A stretch of DNA of 32,000 bases from an uncultured archaeon. Lineage in GTDB: Archaea; Iainarchaeota; Iainarchaeia; Iainarchaeales; Iainarchaeaceae. Positions within the stretch are counted from its first letter, which is position 1, and each line of letters opens with the position of its first letter. This document shows, piece by piece, positions 18,840 to 26,772 of the stretch. Position numbers and translations under genes: made by a program. The stretch spans positions 2,979 through 34,978 of the forward strand of contig CAZNZM010000006.1 of assembly GCA_964577555.1 (NCBI GenBank), written 5' to 3'. The notes beneath the pieces are model-generated. The model had not been told where the DNA came from, did not search any database, and saw nothing but the letters and a program-made list of their open reading frames with translations.

Positions 18840-19067
18840 TCAGTTTTTCTTTTCTTTACGCTCCCTTATAATCTCAATTTTAGGAATTTTTATTTCTTCA
18901 AGCAAGTCTGAAGGCCTTATTGCACCACTATTTTGTTCTCTCTCTATCTCTTTTCTTATCCCATCTATTTCTTGCATTTTAACCTGCATTTCCTCAAGTA
19001 TTTTTTCCATTGCTTTTCTCCTTTCTTGAAGCTCTAAAGTATTTCCTTTACCCATATACCTTAACAA
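18840..19067 (-). CDS. Small coiled-coil protein
   Basis: 75-aa charged helical ORF immediately upstream of, and co-directional with, the DUF192 gene. Confidence 0.55.
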   Translation of the reverse strand: MLRYMGKGNTLELQERRKAMEKILEEMQVKMQEIDGIRKEIEREQNSGAIRPSDLLEEIKIPKIEIIRERKEKKN

Positions 19068-19114
19068 AATGCGTTGCTGAATAAATAACTTTTGGATTGG
19101 CCACTATAACAATT

Positions 19115-19315
19115 TTTTTTGCAATTTGTTTCTGTCAAATGATTTTTTTGCCATGAAGAGCCAAAAGTGTTTTTTTGCTGGTTGTTTTTTTGTTCTGCAA
19201 GCCGTATTTTTTTTAGCAATTTTATTTTTTTAAGTTTTGATTTTTTTTGTTTTGTCTTGGCTTTTTTGAGTCTTTTTTTGTTGGTTTTTTTTCACGTTTT
19301 TTTTATAGTTTCTCG
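19115..19315 (+). repeat. T-rich intergenic array, same family (weaker)
   Basis: ctgcaagccgta(T)n tagcaattttattttttt and further T-run words. Confidence 0.55.
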
Positions 19316-19335
19316 TTCCAAACTAAAAGATAACA

Positions 19336-19344
19336 TTATAAAAT
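19336..19344 (+). promoter_or_regulatory. TATA box upstream of tRNA-Gln / putative leader RNA
   Basis: taacattataaaatttg, about 80 nt upstream of the tRNA 5' end. Confidence 0.45.
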
Positions 19345-19423
19345 TTGTTTTATGCTTAGGATCTTTGGTAATCCTGCAAATTAGCTAGGTTGCAGGGTTG
19401 GATTTATTGCAAATTAAAGTTAT

Positions 19424-19551
19424 AGCCCCGTCGTCTAGCGGCTAAAGAAATTCAGTTTAGTAAATTTTTTAACAATTTGAAAAATTGATTTCTGTCGAAA
19501 GGATGCGAGCCTCTGGAGCTCGAAACCCCGGTTCGAATCCGGGCGGGGCTA
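19424..19551 (+). tRNA. tRNA-Gln (anticodon CUG) with a D-loop intron; CCA not encoded
   Basis: Acceptor AGCCCCG/CGGGGCT (7 bp) + A73; D stem GUCU/GGAU; anticodon arm CGAGC-CUCUGGA-GCUCG; 4-nt variable loop AAAC; T arm CCCGG-UUCGAAU-CCGGG. Mature length 73 nt after removing 55 nt. Confidence 0.93.
19445..19499 (+). other. Archaeal-type tRNA intron (55 nt) at D-loop position 20b/21 with BHB motif
   Basis: Central helix CGGC(19439-19442)/GUCG(19494-19497); bulges UAA(19443-19445) and AAA(19498-19500); inner helix AGAAAUU/GAUUUCU; outer helix is the D stem. Cutting after the 2nd nt of each bulge gives 19445-19499. Confidence 0.85.
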
Positions 19552-19601
19552 TTTTTTTTTGAAATCTCTCTATAGAAAATTTAATTAATACATGCATTGT
19601 A

Positions 19602-19883
19602 ATGAATATCATGAAGTTCAAGTATTGTCCACAATGCGGTTCAATGGATATAAAAGTAAATGCGTTGAAACAAGAGACTTGTGAAAGGTGCAGGTATTCA
19701 GGCTCAATGAATGAAGGCGCAATGGATGAAATAAACAGATTTCAAAAATCCCTTAAATCTGGCGCAAGAGGAAATTTGAATAAAAACGAATTTTTGTCGC
19801 AAAAAATAGATTCAGCTTCTCAACTTAAAGAAAAAATGAAATCACTCAAAGGCAGAACAACTGACGATTTTGAAATAATTTGA
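19602..19883 (+). CDS. Small zinc-ribbon protein
   Basis: YCPQCGSMDIKVNALKQETCERCRYSGSM: two CxxC pairs. Start could also be 19611. Confidence 0.8.
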   Translation: MNIMKFKYCPQCGSMDIKVNALKQETCERCRYSGSMNEGAMDEINRFQKSLKSGARGNLNKNEFLSQKIDSASQLKEKMKSLKGRTTDDFEII

Positions 19884-19893
19884 AGGTGAAAAG

Positions 19894-20253
19894 TTGGGCA
19901 TGGTAATAAGGAATGAAATTTTTCCACTACGAGCAAAATTGGGCAACAAGACTCAGTTGGAACTTTCTGTTGAGATAGAGAACGAAGATGACAAATCAAA
20001 AAAAATAAGCCTTGAAATAGAATTGCCCAAAGAAGCAACTTTTAATCCATTATGGACTAACACCATTTACAAGAAAAAATTTGATAATTTTAAGCCTTTT
20101 GAAAAATTTAAAGTCAAAATTCCGATTTACCTTTCAAGAATGGCTGAAGCAGGAAATTACAAAGGAAACATAATTGTTTGCGAGCATTTTAACGAATTCG
20201 GAGTTGTTGAAAGGGTGTTTAAGAAGGAAATCCTTTTCAGAATTGTCAATTAA
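19894..20253 (+). CDS. Conserved hypothetical protein, predicted beta-sandwich-like
   Basis: 119-aa ORF 10 nt after the zinc-ribbon gene; alternating beta-strand pattern (QLELSVEIENEDDKSKKISLEIELPKEATF...). Confidence 0.75.
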   Translation: MGMVIRNEIFPLRAKLGNKTQLELSVEIENEDDKSKKISLEIELPKEATFNPLWTNTIYKKKFDNFKPFEKFKVKIPIYLSRMAEAGNYKGNIIVCEHFNEFGVVERVFKKEILFRIVN

Positions 20254-20289
20254 ATTCCCAAAGTTTTTTGAACTTACTTAATTTTTTAA

Positions 20290-21372
20290 TTATTTAAAAT
20301 CCAAAATGCTTTTTTGTTTTTCTGGCGCTGATAACCCAGATATTCCGATTCCAAATCTTCTTGCAACAAAACCTGGTTTTTCCGAAAAAAATTCTTCTAT
20401 CAAATTTTTGGAAACTTTGATTATATCTTCGCTTTTTTGTGATGCTTTTTCAATTGTTTTACTTCTTGTGAAAGATTCCAGTTTGTTTGAAATAATGGTA
20501 ATTGAAATTGTTTTGAAAGTTTTTCTCAATTCAATGCATTTTTTTTCAAGTTCAAAAGAAATTGTTGGCAAATATTCAAAAATTTTTTGAGGGTTTGAAG
20601 TATTTTCTTTTAGTGTAATAATTCTTGAATATTGTTGTTGTTCCTTTTCCTCTACAATGCTGTCATCAATCCCATTGGCTTTTTCATGCAACATTTTTCC
20701 TTTTTTTTCCCCAAAAAGTTCTACAAGTTTTGGCAATTGAGTTTTTGCTAATTGAGTAATTGTTTTTATTCCTTGCTTTTCAAGTTCTTCAACTGTTTTT
20801 GGCCCCACTCCTTGCAAATCTGAAATGCTTTTGGTTCTTAAAAATTCTTGTACATAGCTTGGAATAATAACCGTGAGACCATTAGGTTTTTTTGTTTCTG
20901 AAGCCATTTTTGCTATCAATTTGTTAGGACCTATTCCAATAGAACAAGTTAATAATTCTTTTTCAAAAACCTCTTTTTTTATTTCCTTGGCAAGTTTTTC
21001 CGCATCAACAAAACTTCCTTTAACAGACTCTGAAATATCCAAATATGCTTCATCAATGCTTGTTTGTTCAAATTTTTCACCTTTTTGTCTTATTATGTCC
21101 ATTACTCTGTCTGAAACTTGTTCATAGTATTGCCTGTCTGCTTTGAGCAAAACCAATTCTTTTGATTTTTGTTTTGCAATGGATATTGGCATACCAGCCT
21201 TTATACCCAAAGCCCTTGCCATGTAATTTGAAGTTGCTATTGCACCTGAAAATTCGCTTCTTCCAGAAAACATGCAAACCGCAATCGGCTTGTTTTTAAG
21301 CTCCGGCGACCTTATTTCTTCAGCTTGCGCATAAAAATAGTCCAAGTCAATATGCATTATAACTCGTTGCAT
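20290..21372 (-). CDS. dbh: DNA polymerase IV / Y-family polymerase (DinB/Dpo4)
   Basis: HIDLDYFYAQAEEIRSPELKNKPIAV, SIDEAYLDIS, GIGPNKLIAKMASETKKPNGLTVI, LQGVGPKTVEELEKQGIKTI. Start placed at 21372 (or 21357) because upstream residues are not conserved-like and this avoids overlap with the gene ending at 21408. Confidence 0.95.
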   Translation of the reverse strand: MQRVIMHIDLDYFYAQAEEIRSPELKNKPIAVCMFSGRSEFSGAIATSNYMARALGIKAGMPISIAKQKSKELVLLKADRQYYEQVSDRVMDIIRQKGEKFEQTSIDEAYLDISESVKGSFVDAEKLAKEIKKEVFEKELLTCSIGIGPNKLIAKMASETKKPNGLTVIIPSYVQEFLRTKSISDLQGVGPKTVEELEKQGIKTITQLAKTQLPKLVELFGEKKGKMLHEKANGIDDSIVEEKEQQQYSRIITLKENTSNPQKIFEYLPTISFELEKKCIELRKTFKTISITIISNKLESFTRSKTIEKASQKSEDIIKVSKNLIEEFFSEKPGFVARRFGIGISGLSAPEKQKSILDFK

Positions 21373-21407
21373 GAAATAGTGTTGCTTTAATAGTTTTTTA
21401 AATGCAA

Positions 21408-22562
21408 TCAAGTGAGAATGAATTTTATGGCTTCTGGAAATAGACGCCAAAGTGAAGGAGTTGCCATTGCTTTTTCTAAAAACTTTGAAGGTTTGTCCAT
21501 GTCGCCATAATTTGAGAGAAATTCCCCAACATTAGCCTTATTCATTCTTCTTATTAGTTCGTCTATTTGATTTTCGTTTTTATTGTTTATGAATTGCCTT
21601 ATTTTCCAATGCAATATAAGTTCATGGTTTATTTCTGAAAGATATTTTTCATAATTTTCCAAAGGTTCTTTGTCTTTGAAAAATTTGTGAACTGCGTCGC
21701 CCGCTATGTTGCCTGCAAGCATTCCTATTATTATTCCCCCGCCAGTTGTCGCTTTTGTTTGAAACGCGGCATCCCCAACAAGCAAAATATTGTCTTTCAC
21801 TATTTTTTTTAGAGGTTCTCCGCATGGAATCAGTTTGCTACACATATCACAAAATTCGCCTGAAATGTTTTTGTCTTTTGTAAAAATATCAAAGTCACGC
21901 CTTATGTTTCCAGAAGTGCTTGCAAGCCCTACACGTGCCTTTTCCTCGTTTTCCGGAACAACCCACGCAAAATAATTTTTTGCATAATCCCCAAAAAAAA
22001 CTTGCACATAATTCTTGTCAAAATTGCCTTTTGCCACAACTTGATAGGCATGGACATAATTTTTTATGTCAGTGTTTATTCCGATTATTTTTCTTGTTTT
22101 GGAATTCACTCCATCTGCACCTACCAAAACCTTGGTTTTAAGAAGCTCTCCCCTGCCTTTGTGTTCAACAAAAACCGTTTCATTTCTAATGTCTATCAAT
22201 TTGGTTTCAGTCTTTATTTTCACACCTGATGCAATTGCTCTTGACGCCAAAGCCCTGTCAAATTCACCTCTATTTATTACATAAGCTACTGTTTCGCTTT
22301 TCTTCACTTCAAGCATTTCCTGTCCAGGAGAAAAAATTCTGGCTCCTCGGATTTTATTCACTAAAGTGTCTTCGACTTCTTTTCTTATTCCAAGTTCACT
22401 AACCCCTGAAGCGCTTATCAATCCAGTACAAGCTACAGGTTCGCCTATTTTTGGATGCTCTTCTATTACTATTGTTTGCCATCCTCTTTCTTGTATCCTT
22501 TTTGCAGCCGCAAGCCCTGCAGGTCCAGCTCCTGCAACACAAACCATTGTTTGTTCAGCCAT
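21408..22562 (-). CDS. Geranylgeranyl reductase family FAD-dependent oxidoreductase
   Basis: CVAGAGPAGLAAAKRIQERGWQTIVIEEHPKIGEPVACTGLIS, VLVGADGVNSKTRK, NILLVGDAAFQTKATTGGGIIIGMLAG. Confidence 0.92.
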   Translation of the reverse strand: MAEQTMVCVAGAGPAGLAAAKRIQERGWQTIVIEEHPKIGEPVACTGLISASGVSELGIRKEVEDTLVNKIRGARIFSPGQEMLEVKKSETVAYVINRGEFDRALASRAIASGVKIKTETKLIDIRNETVFVEHKGRGELLKTKVLVGADGVNSKTRKIIGINTDIKNYVHAYQVVAKGNFDKNYVQVFFGDYAKNYFAWVVPENEEKARVGLASTSGNIRRDFDIFTKDKNISGEFCDMCSKLIPCGEPLKKIVKDNILLVGDAAFQTKATTGGGIIIGMLAGNIAGDAVHKFFKDKEPLENYEKYLSEINHELILHWKIRQFINNKNENQIDELIRRMNKANVGEFLSNYGDMDKPSKFLEKAMATPSLWRLFPEAIKFILT

Positions 22563-22619
22563 TATTTATTCAAACTGATAAAACTATAAAAATTCAACTA
22601 TTCCCAGGATTTAAAAATA

Positions 22620-22870
22620 AATTTGTTGAAAAACAACGAAATAGTTTTTTTTTGAATTATTTTTTTATTTTGTTTTTTTGTTTTTTTTGTTTTGCAAGCC
22701 ATTTTTTTTAGTTTTTTTTTGAATTGTTTTTTTTGTGAGCGTTTTTTTTAGACAATTTTTGTTTTGTTTTATTTTTGGAGTTTTGTTTTTTTGTGAGCCG
22801 TTTTTTTGCCATTTTTTTGTGAACTTGTTTTTTTGTTAACGATTTTTTTGCTTTTAGGGAATATTTTATT
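22620..22870 (+). repeat. T-rich intergenic array, same family as 1-625
   Basis: gcaagccat(T)n, gtgagcg(T)nagacaatttttgttttg, ggagttttgtttttttgtgagccg(T)n. Confidence 0.8.
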
Positions 22871-22884
22871 TTTTTTATGACATT

Positions 22885-24426
22885 TTAATTTTTCTTGTTT
22901 TCTTTATAGCTTTTTTTGGATATGTTGTTTTTTTCTTGCTTATTATTTAAAGCCGATGTTTTATTTTCTTTTATTTCCGTTTTTTTTCTAAAATCCATTT
23001 TTTTGCCTAAAATTAACGCCCACGCTGTTAAGCATGCAACCAGCACTATTATAAATAACAAAATTTCGTTTGCATAATTTTTTTTCTCTTCATCAATTGA
23101 AACATGAACCGAATAGTTTTCAGGTTTTGTCTCAACTTCTTGGTTTTTAGTTTCCGTGCTTTCATTAAGTTTCATAACAATTGAATGCTCGTTTGAGTTT
23201 CCAGCCATGTCTGTCGCAATTGCCTTTACTTCAATCAAACCATTTTTTGGCTCAGCCGAAAAATCAAGAGAATAAAAGATGTTTTGGCCGTTTTCTTCAG
23301 ACTCCACAAATTCCATGTTTCCTTTTGAAACGCCGTTTGCAAAAAGTTCAATTTTGTTTAATCCCAATCCAGCATCATAAGCATTTGCAACAACTTTTAT
23401 TTTTGCCGATTTTTCTCCGCTTTCTTTAATTGTTCCAAAAATTTTTATGTCCGGTTTTGCTGTATCAAATTCAAAATCCTTTTCGTAAGTACACTCGGTT
23501 CCATCAGGTTTTTTTACAAATAACACTAAGGTTCCTGTTCCATAAGAATTGATTGGAATATTATATTCTGCTTCCGTTTCTTTATTAAAAAACTTGTTTT
23601 CAAAAATTTTTTCAAGCTCTTTTTTTTGCATTGAAATGAAAAGCGTTGAATTTTCCACTGGAACGTCTGAAACAATTTTAAATTTCAAGGTGCCTGTATA
23701 TGTTGTTTGAGGTGTTGAGAATTCGATTTTTTCAACACAATTTTTTTTATCGTTCAAGAATTTTTTTATCGGGCTTATTACTCCATAGTTTCCTGCGTTG
23801 TCTATTGCTTGTATTCGGTAATAATAAGCTATTCCTTGCGTAAGTTTGTCAGTGTCAATGTAATTTGTTTCTTTTACTCCGAAAATTTTTTTTACTCCAA
23901 TATCAGTTGGACCGAACTCTTTTTTGTTTATGTATTGCTTGACACTCCTGTAAATATTGTATTCTTTTATCCCTGAAACGTCCTCCGGAGGCTTCCACAA
24001 TATAAGCACGCCTTCGTTGTTTTTTGAAAATGTTATATCTTGGACTTGTTCAGGCCCAGTCCTGTCAATCATTAATTTGTATGTTGAAGTCCCAAAACAA
24101 TTCTTTGTTTCGTTGCAAGCTTCCAAAATAAAATAATTTTCTCCCTCTGGCAAATTTTCAATTAAAACCGAATTAGTTTTTATGTTTGTCCACTTGTCTT
24201 CACCAGGTTTTTCAGATTTTGATATTTGATAACGGTAATATGTGGCTTCGGTTACCTTGTCCCAATTGAATTTTCCAGCAGTATTTCTGGTCCAAGCGTC
24301 TTGAGGGTTGGTATCTGAATAAATTTTTATTACAACATTTTCTGCTGTTGCAAAGACAAAAAAAGATTGAAAAATAATAAAACAAAAAAAAGCAATCACT
24401 AATTCTTTCCATTTTCTTGCAAGCAT
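22885..24426 (-). CDS. Secreted, C-terminally anchored protein with fibronectin type III-like domains
   Basis: Signal peptide (MLARKWKELVIAFFCFIIFQSFFVFA), IYRSVKQY...TQGIAYYYRIQAIDNAGNYG (FN3-like), C-terminal TM (EILLFIIVLVACLTAWALIL) and Lys-rich tail. ORF track start is 24450. Confidence 0.85.
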   Translation of the reverse strand: MLARKWKELVIAFFCFIIFQSFFVFATAENVVIKIYSDTNPQDAWTRNTAGKFNWDKVTEATYYRYQISKSEKPGEDKWTNIKTNSVLIENLPEGENYFILEACNETKNCFGTSTYKLMIDRTGPEQVQDITFSKNNEGVLILWKPPEDVSGIKEYNIYRSVKQYINKKEFGPTDIGVKKIFGVKETNYIDTDKLTQGIAYYYRIQAIDNAGNYGVISPIKKFLNDKKNCVEKIEFSTPQTTYTGTLKFKIVSDVPVENSTLFISMQKKELEKIFENKFFNKETEAEYNIPINSYGTGTLVLFVKKPDGTECTYEKDFEFDTAKPDIKIFGTIKESGEKSAKIKVVANAYDAGLGLNKIELFANGVSKGNMEFVESEENGQNIFYSLDFSAEPKNGLIEVKAIATDMAGNSNEHSIVMKLNESTETKNQEVETKPENYSVHVSIDEEKKNYANEILLFIIVLVACLTAWALILGKKMDFRKKTEIKENKTSALNNKQEKNNISKKSYKENKKN

Positions 24427-24522
24427 ATTACCCAATTTGAAAAGGCACAAAACCCTTTTAAATGAATAATCTGAAAAAAAATCGTTTCAATAGTGGAATC
24501 CTGGATTTTCAATTTAAAAATT

Positions 24523-25245
24523 TTAATTCCTTTTTACAAGATACTTTTTTAACCCATTTTCTGCTTTTTCAAGCCTTTCGAAAGTATCTGTTGTAAACCA
24601 ATAACCTTTATGCATATACGCTGCAAGTTTCCTTTCCATTGCCAAGGAAGGGAAAGCATTTTTTTCAATCAAACTAAAGCCTTTAGGAATATAATTCAAA
24701 ACCTCTTTTTCAAGCAAATATGCCCCGGCATTCACCCAATTGCTAGGCGCGTTTTCTTTTAACGGTTTTTCAACAAATTCTGCTATTTTTTTTCCTTCAA
24801 GTTTTACCACTCCATAACTTGAAACGTCTTCGACTTGTACCAAGGCTATCGTGGCTTTTGCCTTCTCTTCAAAATGAGTTTTGTGCATTTCAATGAAGTC
24901 AAAATTTGCAATATTGTCCCCATTAATCATTATGAATCTGTCATCCAAAATTTTTTCCGCGCTTTTCAAGGCTCCACCGGTTCCAAGCGGTTCATTCTCC
25001 ACCGAATAAATTATTTTGACATTGAATTGTTCGCCGTTGCCGAAATAATCCTCTATTTTTCCATGCAAATAACCCGTAGCCAAAATAATTTCTTTCACTC
25101 CGTTATTTGCAAGCAATTCAATATTGTATTCCAATATTGGCTTCCCACAAACATTGACAAGAGGTTTTGGCAAATTGTTTGTCAAAGGCTTTAACCTTTC
25201 CCCGCGCCCCCCAGCCAAAACAAAAGCCTGCATTATTTTTTTCAT
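24523..25245 (-). CDS. NDP-sugar nucleotidyltransferase (mannose-1-phosphate guanylyltransferase-like)
   Basis: QAFVLAGGRGERLKPLTNNLPKPLVNVCGKPILEYNIELL. Confidence 0.92.
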   Translation of the reverse strand: MKKIMQAFVLAGGRGERLKPLTNNLPKPLVNVCGKPILEYNIELLANNGVKEIILATGYLHGKIEDYFGNGEQFNVKIIYSVENEPLGTGGALKSAEKILDDRFIMINGDNIANFDFIEMHKTHFEEKAKATIALVQVEDVSSYGVVKLEGKKIAEFVEKPLKENAPSNWVNAGAYLLEKEVLNYIPKGFSLIEKNAFPSLAMERKLAAYMHKGYWFTTDTFERLEKAENGLKKYLVKRN

Positions 25246-25419
25246 ATAAATCTGCTAACAAGATTTATTTTTTTTTCAAATACGACAAAATATAAAAAAT
25301 ATAAAACTCTTTCAATACTACTGCTCAAACAAAAAATAATTTTTCCACGCATTTATTTATTGCTTCTACTTTACTTAATAAAAACTTATTGAAAAACCAT
25401 TTCCCATCACACCAATCCA

Positions 25420-25429
25420 TTTATATAAA
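25420..25429 (+). promoter_or_regulatory. TATA box upstream of the UDP-sugar dehydrogenase gene
   Basis: ccatttatataaacc; SD-like aaaggt (25475-25480) before ATG 25488 indicates a leadered transcript. Confidence 0.6.
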
Positions 25430-25487
25430 CCAACTAAACTCATTATTTAATTGAAAGCATTTTTTTTCTATTTCAAAGGTCTTTCAA

Positions 25488-26771
25488 ATGAAAATTTCTA
25501 TTATAGGCACCGGTTATGTGGGGCTTGTTGCAGGAGCCTGTTTTGCCGATTTAGGCAACAAAGTTATTTGCGTTGACATAGACTATGAAAAAATCAAATC
25601 ACTGCAAAACGGCATTATGCCTATTTTTGAACCAGGCCTTGAAGAAATGGTTAAAAGAAACGTTTCTGAAAACAGGCTTTCGTTTACAACCAACCTTTCA
25701 GAAGCAGTTAAACAATCTGAAATAGTATTTATTGCAGTAGGCACGCCTGAAAAAGGAGACGGCAGCGTTGACATGCAATATGTTATCAAAGCCGCTGAGG
25801 AAATCGGAAAGGCGGCCAATGGTCCTTTAATTGTTGTTGATAAAAGTACAGTACCTGTTGGCACTTCAACCCAAGTAGAACAAATAATAAGTAAAAACAC
25901 AAAGCACAAAGTTTCAGTTGTCTCTAACCCGGAATTTTTAAGAGAAGGCTCCGCTATAAATGATTTTTTCAAGCCAGACAGAATAATAATAGGTTCAAAA
26001 GATGAAAAAGCCGCAAAAACAATTTCAGAACTCTACAAGCCATTGGACACTGAAATGCTCATTACAACCCCAGAAAGCGCCGAATTAATAAAATACGCTT
26101 CAAATTCATTTCTTGCTACAAAAATTTCTTTCATAAACGAAATTGCAGCTATTTGCGAAATAGTAGGGGCTGATGTAACAGAAGTAGCAAAAGGAATGGG
26201 GCTTGACAAAAGAATAGGAAAACATTTCCTCAACGCAGGCGCAGGTTATGGCGGATCGTGTTTTCCAAAAGATGTAAGCGCACTTAAAAAAACCGCGGAA
26301 AAACTCGGTTACAACTTCAAAATACTTGAAGCAGTAGAAACGGTAAATGAAAATCAAAAAAAATTGCCTGTAAAAAAACTGAAAAAAGAAATACCTGATT
26401 TGAAAGGCAAAAAAATAACGATTTTTGGGTTGGCATTCAAGCCAAACACCGATGATATGCGAGAAGCAAGCTCCATAGTAATAATAAAAGATTTGCTTGC
26501 GGAAAAAGCAGAAGTCGTTGCAGTTGACCCTATAGCCGAAAAAAACGCCAAAAAAATTTTTCAAAACATAACTTTCTCCAAAGACCCTTATACAGCTGCA
26601 GAAAACTCCCATGCAATTATTCTTATAACAGAATGGCGCGAATTTCTCGAATTAGATTACAAAAAAATAAGCCAAAAAATGAAATCCAAAATAATAATTG
26701 ACGCCAGAAATGCACTTGACAAAGAAAAACTAAAATCTTTGGGATTCAAATATATTGGCGTAGGAAGATAA
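25488..26771 (+). CDS. UDP-glucose/GDP-mannose 6-dehydrogenase family protein (UGD/AglM-like)
   Basis: MKISIIGTGYVGLVAGACFADLGNKVICVDID, VSNPEFLREGSAINDFFKPDRIIIG, NAGAGYGGSCFPKDVSAL, GLAFKPNTDDMREASS. Confidence 0.95.
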   Translation: MKISIIGTGYVGLVAGACFADLGNKVICVDIDYEKIKSLQNGIMPIFEPGLEEMVKRNVSENRLSFTTNLSEAVKQSEIVFIAVGTPEKGDGSVDMQYVIKAAEEIGKAANGPLIVVDKSTVPVGTSTQVEQIISKNTKHKVSVVSNPEFLREGSAINDFFKPDRIIIGSKDEKAAKTISELYKPLDTEMLITTPESAELIKYASNSFLATKISFINEIAAICEIVGADVTEVAKGMGLDKRIGKHFLNAGAGYGGSCFPKDVSALKKTAEKLGYNFKILEAVETVNENQKKLPVKKLKKEIPDLKGKKITIFGLAFKPNTDDMREASSIVIIKDLLAEKAEVVAVDPIAEKNAKKIFQNITFSKDPYTAAENSHAIILITEWREFLELDYKKISQKMKSKIIIDARNALDKEKLKSLGFKYIGVGR

Positions 26772-26772
26772 A

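Noticed and set aside
19167-19388. 73-aa + strand ORF MFFCWLFFCSASRIFFSNFIF...
   Set aside because: Phe/Leu-rich product of a T-rich array; no start context or homology-like features.
19505-19522. CGAGC...GCUCG read as a long variable arm of a type II (Leu/Ser) tRNA with an anticodon near 19457-19475
   Set aside because: It forms a perfect 5-bp/7-nt anticodon arm with U33, CUG anticodon and purine-37. With the D-loop intron removed every canonical tRNA position is filled, whereas the type II reading lacks a credible D stem and anticodon stem.
21373-21450. N-terminal 26-aa extension of the DinB ORF
   Set aside because: It overlaps the upstream reductase gene and precedes the conserved HIDLDYFYAQ motif; the start is more likely at 21372 or 21357.
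24835-25194. 119-aa + strand ORF within the nucleotidyltransferase gene
   Set aside because: Antisense shadow of a strongly recognisable minus-strand enzyme.
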